Of a stretch of DNA of 32,000 nucleotides, positions 1 to 8,240 are shown in pieces; the stretch's first letter is position 1, and each line of letters opens with the position of its first letter. A program made the position numbers and the translations under genes. This DNA is from an uncultured Opitutales bacterium (GTDB lineage: Bacteria > Verrucomicrobiota > Verrucomicrobiia > Opitutales > Intestinicryptomonadaceae): the NCBI GenBank assembly GCA_934660865.1, contig CAKUIA010000011.1:1-32000 (forward strand), read 5' to 3'. Under the pieces are notes generated by a model. That model worked only from the letters and a program-made list of their open reading frames with translations, did not search any database and was not told the origin of the DNA.

Positions 1-348
1 ATTGTAAGAGATTTTTTCTCTTCTTTGCCCTCCTTTTTTTTATCCATTCCACTATCTTTGACGATGAGCGAAAATATACCGCAGCAATAGCTTTGCCGTG
101 GGCAAAAGATACGAAGTGCTAATGCAAACCAAGGGCGCGTATAGATGCGTTTGCAAAACACACCGAAAGGCTGTCAGAAAATTACAGATTAAGAGTACTC
201 GTAGAATGCGGAGTAAAACTATGAAAAGCAAATTGCAGGAAAAACCTTATTCCACAACTTTTGGGGTTGACTCTTTAGCTTTTGGGTGCGTGGGAGATTG
301 CCTAAGGGCCATCTCTAAAGAGTCTGCCAGAAAAACCGCAGAAAGCAC

Positions 349-373
349 GCCTGCAAAGCAGGCTACTTTTTTT
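349..373 (+). terminator. Possible intrinsic terminator of an unidentified plus-strand transcript
   Basis: Stem GCCTGC(349-354)/GCAGGC(358-363) with a 3-nt loop, then TAC plus a T7 run (367-373). The stem is short, so the call is tentative. Confidence 0.35.
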
Positions 374-430
374 ATGAAAATATTTCCTTTATAGAACTTC
401 GTTCTCTGCGGAAATATTTTCATAAAAAAA
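367..430. repeat. Perfect 21-bp inverted repeat (arms 367-387 and 410-430, 22-nt spacer)
   Basis: Left arm is TTTTTTTATGAAAATATTTCC and right arm is GGAAATATTTTCATAAAAAAA, an exact reverse complement. The repeat explains the mirrored FFMKIFP peptides in the spurious ORFs 98..394(+) and 247..549(-). Confidence 0.95.
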
Positions 431-450
431 GCAAAACCTTGCGGTTTTGC
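424..450 (-). terminator. Intrinsic terminator downstream of tRNA-Ser
   Basis: Perfect 8-bp stem GCAAAACC(431-438)/GGTTTTGC(443-450) with a 4-nt loop. On the minus strand it is followed by a T7 run (plus-strand A7 at 424-430). Confidence 0.65.
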
Positions 451-465
451 TTTCTGCGATTTTTC

Positions 466-555
466 TGGCGGAGAGGGGGAGATTCGAACTCCCGTTAGCG
501 TTTCCACTAAACCTGATTTCGAGTCAGGCGCATTCGACCACTCTGCCACCTCTCC
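466..555 (-). tRNA. tRNA-Ser (anticodon CGA), class II tRNA with long variable arm, CCA encoded
   Basis: Reverse complement reads GGAGAGGTGGCAGAGTGGTCGAATGCGCCTGACTCGAAATCAGGTTTAGTGGAAACGCTAACGGGAGTTCGAATCTCCCCCTCTCCGCCA. It has a 7-bp acceptor stem, an anticodon stem CCTGA/TCAGG with loop CTCGAAA (anticodon CGA), a long extra arm, a T-arm GGGAG/CTCCC with TTCGAATC loop, and a 3' CCA. Confidence 0.9.
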
Positions 556-610
556 AAACCTAAATTCAAATAAGAGTGTTTATTTTCGCGTTAATTGCAA
601 GAATAAAATT

Positions 611-1783
611 CTACTTTTTTGCAATATCGGCAACTATTTGCCTTATCAGCTTTTCGTCGAAATACTGCATTGCAACTATGTGCGAAAGTTTGCCGAAATG
701 TTCGTCGTCGTTGCATGCAAGGGCGTATTTTTTTACGATTTCCTCTTTGGGTCTTTCGAAAAATACGGTGTTCGAAAACTTGTTGCGCCATGCCTTTACG
801 TTTGCGTTTTTCAATTCCTCTTCAAGCAAAACAGCCATTTTCAACGAATGGTTTGCCTGTTCCTTTAGCCCGTTTTTGCCGACCGACATTAAACGCCAAT
901 AAAGTTTTAGCGCGTCGAAACCGCTTCTAGAGCAGCTTATTGTGGGGATTACCCCCTTTAGATACGGAATTGGCGTGTTAGATACGCAATTTAGAATATC
1001 TTTATGGCACACAAATATGCCCGCAGGCTCGTTTAGCGACAAAAATTTGTGCCCCGAAACTGCGATGGAATCGAAATCCATTTCGGCGGCGTTAACGATA
1101 TTGTTTGCCTCTTTGTTGTCTAAATAGGGCAGGTAGCCGCCGAACAACGCAACGTCTAAGTGGCGGTAGTAGGCAACGGGTTTTTTTGCCTTTAAAACGG
1201 CGTCTATTTCCCTTTGGTTGTCTATGGCGCCTTTAAAGGTGCCGCCTATTGCTATGGCAACAAGCGCGGGTCGGGAAGTGTCTAGCTTGTCGGCAAAGTC
1301 TTGGGTGTCCATCTCGCCCATTTCGTGGGCGTTAATTGTCCTTACCTCAATATTTTGAATGTCGCCTATCTTTTTAAGCGAATAGTGCGCCTCTTTGGAA
1401 ACGTATAAAATCGGGGGCAAACTGCTTTTTGCGGCAAGCGCCTTTCTGCCGAAATATATGCCGTGCATATTGCCGTCGGTGCCGCCGTTGGCTATAACGC
1501 CCCAATGGTTTTCGTCAAACCCGAAACTTTCGGCGATAAAGTCTATGGCTTTTTGCTCGAAATAGTCGGTGTTAAGCATATCCCAATCGGTCTTGTAGGG
1601 GTCGCCTACGTTGATAAGGGTTAGGTCTGCCAATTTTGTGTCTACAAGCCACTGGTAAAATTCCGAAAGGTCGGTTTCCTGGTTAAAGGGGTAGCCCAGT
1701 TGGTTGAAGCGGTGCGCGTATATGTCTTTTGCGGCTTCGTTAAGCTTTTGCAGGCATTCTTTATTGGGAATAAATTTTTTCAT
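611..1783 (-). CDS. Pyridoxal-phosphate-dependent decarboxylase, histidine decarboxylase (group II) family, 390 aa
   Basis: Start trimmed to the ATG at 1783 (MKKFIPNKE...), because the longer track ORF runs into fba. Blocks match Gram-negative PLP-type HDC: WGVIANGGTDGNMHG, YVSKEAHYSLKKI, IGGTFKGAID, HLDVALFGG, DSIAVSGHKF (PLP-lysine SxHK), SCSRSG, AWRNKFSNTVFF. Confidence 0.85.
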   Translation of the reverse strand: MKKFIPNKECLQKLNEAAKDIYAHRFNQLGYPFNQETDLSEFYQWLVDTKLADLTLINVGDPYKTDWDMLNTDYFEQKAIDFIAESFGFDENHWGVIANGGTDGNMHGIYFGRKALAAKSSLPPILYVSKEAHYSLKKIGDIQNIEVRTINAHEMGEMDTQDFADKLDTSRPALVAIAIGGTFKGAIDNQREIDAVLKAKKPVAYYRHLDVALFGGYLPYLDNKEANNIVNAAEMDFDSIAVSGHKFLSLNEPAGIFVCHKDILNCVSNTPIPYLKGVIPTISCSRSGFDALKLYWRLMSVGKNGLKEQANHSLKMAVLLEEELKNANVKAWRNKFSNTVFFERPKEEIVKKYALACNDDEHFGKLSHIVAMQYFDEKLIRQIVADIAKK

Positions 1784-1811
1784 ATTATGCAAACTATGGG
1801 TTTTAAATTGT

Positions 1812-1846
1812 AAAAAACAAAGGCGCAAACTTTGCCGTTTGCGCCT
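1812..1846 (-). terminator. Intrinsic terminator after fba
   Basis: Perfect 10-bp stem AGGCGCAAAC(1821-1830)/GTTTGCGCCT(1837-1846) with a 6-nt loop. On the minus strand it is followed by TTGTTTTTT (plus-strand 1812-1820). Confidence 0.75.
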
Positions 1847-1872
1847 TGTGTTCGCTTTGTTTTGCCTAATTA

Positions 1873-2865
1873 TTAAGCCTTGCCAGCCGAACCCAAAACG
1901 TTTTCGACTTTGTGCATATAAAGCTTTTTCAATTCGTCGCGGGCAGGACCCAAATATTTGCGGGGGTCGAATTCTGCGGGCTTTTCGACAAATACTTTGC
2001 GTACTGCGGCAGTCATTGCCAAACGGCCGTCCGAGTCGATGTTGATTTTGCAAACAGCCGACTTCGAAGCTTCCCTTAGTTGTTCTTCGGGAATGCCAAC
2101 TGCAGCTTCCAACTTGCCGCCGTATTTGTTGATTTGGTCGACATACTGCTGGGGAACCGAAGAGGAACCGTGCAATACAATCGGGAAACCGGGTATGCGT
2201 TTTTCGACTTCCTTAAGAATGTCGAAGCGCAACGGCGGGGGAACCAAGCGGCCGTTAGCGTCTCTTGTGCACTGTTCGGGCTTGAATTTGTATGCGCCGT
2301 GCGATGTGCCGATGGAGATTGCCAACGAGTCTACACCCGTCTTTTTAACGAAGTCTTCAACTTCTTCGGGGCGTGTATACGAATGTGTTTCGTGCGAAAC
2401 TTCGTCTTCGATACCTGCCAATACGCCGAGTTCGCCTTCAACTGTTACGTCGTATTTGTGGGCGTATTCAACAACCTTGGCTGTCAATTCAACGTTGTCG
2501 TCGTAAGAGTGGCTCGAGCCGTCTATCATAACCGACGAGAAACCGTATTCTATGCACGATTTGCAAAGTTCGAAAGTGTCGCCGTGGTCGAGGTGCAAAA
2601 CTATCGGAATTGCATAGCCGAGTTCCTTTGCGTATTCGCAAGCACCCTGTGCCATATAGCGCAACAAAGTTTGATTGGCGTATTTGCGTGCGCCGCTCGA
2701 AACCTGAAGAATTACAGGCGACTTCTTTTCAACACAAGCCTGAACGATGGCCTGCATTTGTTCCATATTATTGAAGTTAAACGCGGGAATAGCGTATTTG
2801 CCTTCGATAGCTTTTTTGAAAAGCTCGCGCGTGTTAACCAAACCTAGCTCTTTATATGATACCAT
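1873..2865 (-). CDS. fba: Fructose-1,6-bisphosphate aldolase, class II, 330 aa
   Basis: Start set at ATG 2865 (MVSYKELGLV...), preceded by AGGAAAA. Class II FBA motifs present: VLHLDHGD, EGELG, AISIGTSHGAYKF, IVLHGSSSVP. Confidence 0.92.
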   Translation of the reverse strand: MVSYKELGLVNTRELFKKAIEGKYAIPAFNFNNMEQMQAIVQACVEKKSPVILQVSSGARKYANQTLLRYMAQGACEYAKELGYAIPIVLHLDHGDTFELCKSCIEYGFSSVMIDGSSHSYDDNVELTAKVVEYAHKYDVTVEGELGVLAGIEDEVSHETHSYTRPEEVEDFVKKTGVDSLAISIGTSHGAYKFKPEQCTRDANGRLVPPPLRFDILKEVEKRIPGFPIVLHGSSSVPQQYVDQINKYGGKLEAAVGIPEEQLREASKSAVCKINIDSDGRLAMTAAVRKVFVEKPAEFDPRKYLGPARDELKKLYMHKVENVLGSAGKA

Positions 2866-3077
2866 ATATTTTCCTATGTTGAAATTTAAGCGCATATTAA
2901 AAAACGCGCCCGGCGCGATTGCAACAAAAAAATTAAATCCCGGCCATTTTGCCCAAAATACAGTCGCATTGCCAAGTTAATCAATTTTGCAAAATTTGCG
3001 CAAACAACCGTCTTTTATCGCCTAAAAATAGGCTTTACTAAGAAGCTTTTATATAGTTGCATATCTCCTTTTTATTT

Positions 3078-5012
3078 ATGGTAGACATAAAAAACATATC
3101 CCTGCGTTTCGGCGACAGAAAGATTTTCGACAACATAAGCGTTTCGATAAACAAGGGCGACAAAATTGCCCTTGTGGGGGTAAACGGCGCGGGAAAGTCT
3201 ACCTTGCTTAAGGTTTTGGCAAATCAAGAGGGCGTAGATTCCGGCGAAATTGCAACCCCTAAATACGCCACAATGGGCTATTTGCCGCAGGAGATTGTAA
3301 ACAAGTCTGAAAAACCGCTTTTTGAAGAGGCCGAAAGCGTGTTTGCCGACATTGTAAATACAAGGAAAAATTTGCAGGCCGCAAACGACTTGCTGCAGAC
3401 TTTGGACAAAAGCAGCCCCCAATATATGCAAACGCTAGAGGCCATAGGCGAAATGGAGATTTTTTTGGACGATGCCGACGCCGACCGCCTAAAGCCCAAT
3501 ATAGAAAAAATTTTAAGCGGTTTGGGCTTTGAAAATTCGGATATGCAAAAGCCCTGCTGCGATTTTTCGGGCGGCTGGCAAATGCGAATTGCGCTTGCAA
3601 AGCTTTTGCTGGCAAAGCCGTCGCTTTTAATGCTCGACGAGCCTACCAACCATTTGGACATAGAGTCGGTAGACTGGCTTGAAAACTATCTAAAAAGCTA
3701 CGGCGGCGCGCTTGTGATTGTAAGCCACGACAGGCGTTTTATAGACAACCTTGCAAACCGCACATTCGCCCTTATAAGGGGCAGGCTGGACGTATACGAG
3801 GGCAACTATTCGTTCTACGAAAGAGAGTCGCAACAAAGGGCAATACAGCGCGAAAAGGCGGTAAAAAACCAGGAGCGCGAAATTGCAAGGGTAGAGCGCT
3901 TTATAGACAAATTCAGATACAAAAGCTCGAAAGCCGCGCAGGTTCAAAGCAGAATAAAGGCGCTGGACAAAATCGAGCGCGTCGAAAGCGACGAAAAACA
4001 GGGGCAAATAGCGTTTAAATTCCCCGAACCCGAACGCAGCGGGCAGTTGGTTGCCTCGGTTAAAAACCTTTGCAAAAGCTTCGGCGAAAAGGTGGTTTTA
4101 AAAGACGTTTCCTTCGACATTCAAAGGCTCGACAGAATTGCCATTGTGGGCGTAAACGGAGCGGGCAAATCCACGCTTGTAAAGATTATGGCGGGCGAAA
4201 TGCAGCCGGATTCGGGCAGCGTGCAAATCGGCCAAAACGTTACAATTTCGTACTTTGCCCAGCACCAAACCTCGCAGCTAAGAAGCGACTATACCGTTAT
4301 GGACGAAGCCGCCTCTACCGCCGATTTCGAGCAAAAAAAGCACATAAGAACGCTTCTTGGCTCTTTTATGTTTACGGGCGACGACGCGCTTAAAAAAGTT
4401 GCCGTGCTTTCGGGCGGCGAAAAGAACAGGCTTGCTTTGGCCAAAATGCTGTTAAAGTCGTTCAACTTCCTTATTTTAGACGAGCCTACCAACCATTTGG
4501 ATATGGATTCGAAAAAGGTTTTGCGCGACGCCGTAGCCTCGTATAAGGGCACGGTTTTAATTGTAAGCCACGACCGCGACTTTATAGACCCGCTTGTAAA
4601 CAAGGTAATAGAAATAAGCCACGGCAAAACAAGAACCTTTATAGGCAACGTAAGCGAATATCTCGAAAAAGTTAAGGCCGAAAAGGGGCTTGTCTCTCCC
4701 AAAAAAGCCGCCGAAAAGCAGGTAGACAGCGCAAAGCAGCGCAGGATTAATGTTGCCAATATAAACGCGAAAATTGCGGTAATAAAAAAAGACTATTCAA
4801 AAATAGAGTCGCAGATAACCGAGCTTGAAAGCGAAAAAGAGCTGATAGAAGCGGATATGGGCAACCCCGATTTCTACAAAGACGCCGAGCGCTCGGCGTC
4901 TACCGCAAACCGCTATTCGCAAATAAATTCTCAGTTGGAGGGCTTGTACGCGAAGTGGGAGGAAATTGCCTCGAAAATAGACGAATTGGAAAAGTCTAAG
5001 GCTGCCCTTTAA
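3078..5012 (+). CDS. ABC-F family ATPase (Uup/YheS/EttA-type, no transmembrane domain), 644 aa
   Basis: Start set at ATG 3078 (MVDIKNISLRF). Two ABC cassettes: Walker A GVNGAGKST twice, signatures FSGGWQMR and LSGGEKNR, Walker B LLMLDEPTNHLD and FLILDEPTNHLD. A charged inter-domain linker and a C-terminal coiled-coil tail are present. Confidence 0.9.
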   Translation: MVDIKNISLRFGDRKIFDNISVSINKGDKIALVGVNGAGKSTLLKVLANQEGVDSGEIATPKYATMGYLPQEIVNKSEKPLFEEAESVFADIVNTRKNLQAANDLLQTLDKSSPQYMQTLEAIGEMEIFLDDADADRLKPNIEKILSGLGFENSDMQKPCCDFSGGWQMRIALAKLLLAKPSLLMLDEPTNHLDIESVDWLENYLKSYGGALVIVSHDRRFIDNLANRTFALIRGRLDVYEGNYSFYERESQQRAIQREKAVKNQEREIARVERFIDKFRYKSSKAAQVQSRIKALDKIERVESDEKQGQIAFKFPEPERSGQLVASVKNLCKSFGEKVVLKDVSFDIQRLDRIAIVGVNGAGKSTLVKIMAGEMQPDSGSVQIGQNVTISYFAQHQTSQLRSDYTVMDEAASTADFEQKKHIRTLLGSFMFTGDDALKKVAVLSGGEKNRLALAKMLLKSFNFLILDEPTNHLDMDSKKVLRDAVASYKGTVLIVSHDRDFIDPLVNKVIEISHGKTRTFIGNVSEYLEKVKAEKGLVSPKKAAEKQVDSAKQRRINVANINAKIAVIKKDYSKIESQITELESEKELIEADMGNPDFYKDAERSASTANRYSQINSQLEGLYAKWEEIASKIDELEKSKAAL

Positions 5013-5081
5013 AATAAATTGTTGCAATAAGTTCTATAAATTGCCACAATCGGCACTTTACCAAACTTATTTGACAATTTT

Positions 5082-6794
5082 ATGGAAAACGACAACCAAT
5101 TTAACGCAAAACTACAATCGCAGCGCGAGCTTATCTTAAACGCGCAAAAAAAGGGAAAAATGGCAACGGCGGGCGCGTATATGCGCCTTTCCGGCCCCGG
5201 TTGGCTTCAAAGCGCGCTAACTTTGGGCGGCGGGTCTTTGGCGTCGTCGATGTATTTGGGCGTAATAGGCGGCTTGGCGTTTTTGTGGCTGCAGCCCTTT
5301 GCAATGTTTTTGGGTGTTATTATGATGAGCGCCATTGCCTATGTAACGCTTTCGATGGGCAAAAGGCCGCTAAGGGCAATAAATTCGGAAATTAGCCCCG
5401 TTTTGGGTTGGGGCTGGCTTTTGGCCTCTATGATGGCCAATTTGGTGTGGTCTATGCCGCAGTTTGCGCTGGCAACGGCGGCTATAGAGCAAAACCTTTT
5501 TACCCCGCTTTTCGAGGGGCGCGACCCCTTTGTAAACAAGCTTATTATAGCCCCCGTAATTTTGCTTATAACAATTTCCATAGTTTCCATATACAACATA
5601 GGCGGCAGGGGCGTTAAGGTGTTCGAAACTTTAATGAAGCTTATGGTTGCCTGCGTTGTTTTGTGCTTTATGGGCGTAGTGGGCCTTTTGTTTGCAAACG
5701 GCGGCGTTGAACTTTCGGAGGTGTTAAACGGATTAAAGCCGTCTTTAAAAACCCTGTTCGAGCCCGCAGATTCGTTTATGGCCTTGATAAAAGACTTTTC
5801 TCCCGCCGGCAAAGAATTTTGGTCGGCGCTGATTGTCGGCGAACAAAGAGACGTTATGCTGGCTGCGGCGGCAACTGCCGTTGGCATAAATATGACATTT
5901 CTTTTGCCGTATTCCATGCTTAGAAAGGGCTGGGACAGAGACTTTCGCGGCCTTGCAATTTTCGACTTGTCTACGGGGTTGTTCATTCCCTTTATTTTGG
6001 GCACGGGCTGCGTTGTAATAGCTGCAGCCTCGCAATTCCACGCAAAGCCCGTGTTGGGCTTGGCCTCTCCAGCCTACGAGGCAAACGGCGAGCAAATTCA
6101 GCCGCCCAAAAACCTGGTTGTCGCCTACAACGCTCTATTGCAAAAAAGGGTTAAAGCCGAAGTTGGCGAACAAAACTACCAAAAGCTAAACGACGCCCAA
6201 AAAAGCGCTTTTGCAAAGGCTTTGCCCGAAAACGAAAGGCAAATAGCCTCCATGCTTGTAAAGCGCGACGCGTTTAATTTGTCGTCTACACTTGCGCCTT
6301 TGGTGGGCGAAAAGGTTGCGCGCTATGTTTTCGGTTTCGGCGTATTGGCAATGGCGCTTAATGCAACTACAATGCTTATGCTTATAAACGGCTTGTGCTT
6401 TTGCGAATTGCTGAACAAGCCCGCAAAGGGCAAGTGGCAGACAATAGGCTCGCTTATAGTTTGCATAGGCATTTTAATGCCGTTTTTCTGGAAGGACGCG
6501 CTTATGTATTTGGCGGTGCCGACCAGCGTTTTTGCGATGGTGCTGCTGCCGATTGCGTATACGTGTTTTTGCCTAATGATGAACAACAAAAACATATTGG
6601 GCAAGGATATGCCGCGCGGGGTTTCGAGGGTGGTATGGAACATACTTATGGGCTTGGCCGTTCTTACCTCGGGCTCGGCAAGCTTGTATATTTTGTGGAG
6701 CAAGCAGGGCGTGCTGGGTGTTTGCCTGTTTGCCTTGTTTGTTCTGTTGGTTGCGGGCTATAGGCTTGTAAAAAAATCGGCTTCGGGCAAATAG
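5082..6794 (+). CDS. Nramp/SLC11-related polytopic membrane transporter, atypical, 570 aa
   Basis: The N-terminal region aligns by eye to MntH TM1-TM3 (GPGWLQSALTLGGGS vs GPAFIAAIGYIDPGN; LW...M.L..I; TGK-like MGKRPL). There are many hydrophobic segments. The canonical DPGN and A..MPH metal-site motifs are not conserved. Confidence 0.6.
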   Translation: MENDNQFNAKLQSQRELILNAQKKGKMATAGAYMRLSGPGWLQSALTLGGGSLASSMYLGVIGGLAFLWLQPFAMFLGVIMMSAIAYVTLSMGKRPLRAINSEISPVLGWGWLLASMMANLVWSMPQFALATAAIEQNLFTPLFEGRDPFVNKLIIAPVILLITISIVSIYNIGGRGVKVFETLMKLMVACVVLCFMGVVGLLFANGGVELSEVLNGLKPSLKTLFEPADSFMALIKDFSPAGKEFWSALIVGEQRDVMLAAAATAVGINMTFLLPYSMLRKGWDRDFRGLAIFDLSTGLFIPFILGTGCVVIAAASQFHAKPVLGLASPAYEANGEQIQPPKNLVVAYNALLQKRVKAEVGEQNYQKLNDAQKSAFAKALPENERQIASMLVKRDAFNLSSTLAPLVGEKVARYVFGFGVLAMALNATTMLMLINGLCFCELLNKPAKGKWQTIGSLIVCIGILMPFFWKDALMYLAVPTSVFAMVLLPIAYTCFCLMMNNKNILGKDMPRGVSRVVWNILMGLAVLTSGSASLYILWSKQGVLGVCLFALFVLLVAGYRLVKKSASGK

Positions 6795-6823
6795 GCCGCA
6801 AAATTTTTCGATTGAAAAAACTG

Positions 6824-6854
6824 CTCCGCAAACTAAGCTTTGCGGAGTTTTTTT
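6824..6854 (+). terminator. Intrinsic terminator after the transporter gene
   Basis: Perfect 9-bp stem CTCCGCAAA(6824-6832)/TTTGCGGAG(6839-6847) with a 6-nt loop, followed by T7 (6848-6854). An A6 run upstream could allow bidirectional function. Confidence 0.8.
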
Positions 6855-6878
6855 ATTACATAAAACTGCGGCAAAACC

Positions 6879-7724
6879 ATGCTTGAAGATTGCGGACTTA
6901 TTTTGGAGGGCGGCGGAATGCGCGGCGTTTTCACCTGCGGCGTGCTGGACTGCTTTATGGACTACGGCATAAAATTTCCCTATGCTATAGGCGTTTCGGC
7001 GGGGGCTTCGAACGGGTTGTCGTATGTGTCGCGGCAAAGGGGCAGGGCGCGATTTTGCAATATCGACATTCTGCGCCGCCGCAAATATATAGGCTTGCGC
7101 TATCTGTTTACACAGCGGTGCGTAATGGACTACAAATTCCTGTTCGGCGAGCTTCCCCTAAAGGTGTATCCCTACGACTTTGCCGCCTACAAAAAAAGCG
7201 AAACAAACTTTGTGATAGTGGCAACAAACTGCAAAACGGGCAAAGCCGAGTATTTCGGCAAAAGCAAAACCGAAAGCGATTTGCTTGCAAAGTGCAAAGC
7301 TTCGTGCAGCTTGCCCTTTGTGTGCAAAAAAACTCTTGTAGACGGCAAATATTACCTTGACGGCGGCATAGCAGACCCCCTGCCCATAGAAAAAGCCGTT
7401 TTAGACGGCTATCAAAAAAACGTTGTAGTTCTTACCCGCAACTACGGGTATAGAAAGAGCGAAAAGCCGCCTTTTTTGTCGAAATTTGTATATTCCGAAT
7501 TTCCCAAGCTCAGAGAGGCTCTTTTAACGAGAACGCACCGCTACAACCAAAAAATGCAAAAGATAGAGCGGCTTGAAAAAAGCGGGCAAATTACGGTTAT
7601 ACGCCCAAAAAACAAGCTTGCAATCAACAGGCTCGAATCCGACCCCGACAAGCTCCGCTTTTTGTACGACGAAGGCTACGTTTTGGCGAAGGACTTTTGC
7701 GAAAGGCTTTGCGCGAAAAAATAA
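6879..7724 (+). CDS. Patatin-like phospholipase family protein, 281 aa
   Basis: Oxyanion-hole motif GGGMRG, nucleophile elbow GVSAG (GxSxG) and catalytic Asp motif LDGGIAD, in the canonical order. Confidence 0.85.
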   Translation: MLEDCGLILEGGGMRGVFTCGVLDCFMDYGIKFPYAIGVSAGASNGLSYVSRQRGRARFCNIDILRRRKYIGLRYLFTQRCVMDYKFLFGELPLKVYPYDFAAYKKSETNFVIVATNCKTGKAEYFGKSKTESDLLAKCKASCSLPFVCKKTLVDGKYYLDGGIADPLPIEKAVLDGYQKNVVVLTRNYGYRKSEKPPFLSKFVYSEFPKLREALLTRTHRYNQKMQKIERLEKSGQITVIRPKNKLAINRLESDPDKLRFLYDEGYVLAKDFCERLCAKK

Positions 7725-7728
7725 TTTT

Positions 7729-7768
7729 GCCGAATTTGCCCAAAAGAGGGCGTTTTTTTCGGCTTTTT
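7729..7768 (+). terminator. Possible intrinsic terminator after the patatin gene
   Basis: Outer stem GCCGAA(7729-7734)/TTCGGC(7758-7763) encloses an inner GCCC/GGGC pair and is followed by T5 (7764-7768). Confidence 0.45.
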
Positions 7769-7865
7769 GCCTCTATTTTTCTACCGCACGGCAAAAATAT
7801 GCTTGCTCAAAGCCGTAAATCGGGTTTTATTAAGGGTTTTAATTTTCTATAACAAGGATATAATT

Positions 7866-8219
7866 ATGCAGTATTTTTACCTTTTCGTACAGGCGGCGGC
7901 GCAGTCGGGTTCGGCCGCACAAACACAGGGGGCAGCCTCCTCCTCGCAATGGCTGTTTTTGATTTTGCTGTTTGCGGGTATGTGGTTTTTGCTTATTGCC
8001 CCCCAGCGTAAAAGGGAAAAGCAGCGTCGCAAAATGCTCGCCGAAACCAAAGTCGGCGACGAAGTTGTTACCATAGGCGGCATATACGGCACAATAACAA
8101 ATAAAAGCGAAAAAACATACACTTTGAAGATTGCCGACAACACAAAAATAGAAATCCTGATTGCCGCCGTGAACGAAAATCTTACGCAGGCACAGGCGGC
8201 GCAGTCGTCTAAAAAATAG
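7866..8219 (+). CDS. yajC: Preprotein translocase subunit YajC, 117 aa
   Basis: Start set at ATG 7866, preceded by AAGGA. There is a single TM helix (WLFLILLFAGMWFLLI), then APQRKREKQ and the YajC block GDEVVTIGGIYGTI. The gene lies immediately upstream of secDF. Confidence 0.85.
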   Translation: MQYFYLFVQAAAQSGSAAQTQGAASSSQWLFLILLFAGMWFLLIAPQRKREKQRRKMLAETKVGDEVVTIGGIYGTITNKSEKTYTLKIADNTKIEILIAAVNENLTQAQAAQSSKK

Positions 8220-8240
8220 TTCTTTAATACAATCACAATT

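Noticed and set aside
98-549. Track ORFs 98..394(+) and 247..549(-) as protein-coding genes
   Set aside because: Both are highly basic or low-complexity. Their shared FFMKIFP ending is an artefact of the 21-bp inverted repeat. The minus ORF reads straight through the tRNA-Ser gene and its terminator.
466-555. tRNA-Ser as the integration site of the phage-like element
   Set aside because: About 21 kb of uninterrupted housekeeping genes separate the tRNA from the element boundary at about 21.9 kb. No tRNA 3'-end duplicate is visible near 21.8-21.9 kb.
1784-2053. N-terminal 90-aa extension of the decarboxylase ORF (611..2053)
   Set aside because: The extension overlaps the 3' end of fba and its terminator and is Arg-rich nonsense. 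The homologous HDC-like sequence begins at MKKFIPNKE (ATG 1783).
1958-2847. Plus-strand ORFs 1958..2506 and 2080..2847
   Set aside because: They are antisense shadows of the strongly supported fba gene, with no motifs and a biased composition.
3078-5012. ABC-F protein as an antibiotic-resistance (ARE) determinant
   Set aside because: ARE and housekeeping ABC-F proteins cannot be separated by eye. The chromosomal context and a Uup-like C-terminal coiled coil favour a housekeeping paralogue.
6879-7724. Patatin-like lipase as a CBASS (CapV-type) defence effector
   Set aside because: There is no adjacent CD-NTase/cyclase or other defence gene. The neighbours are a transporter and yajC-secDF, and the gene has its own terminator context. 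It is most simply a housekeeping lipase.
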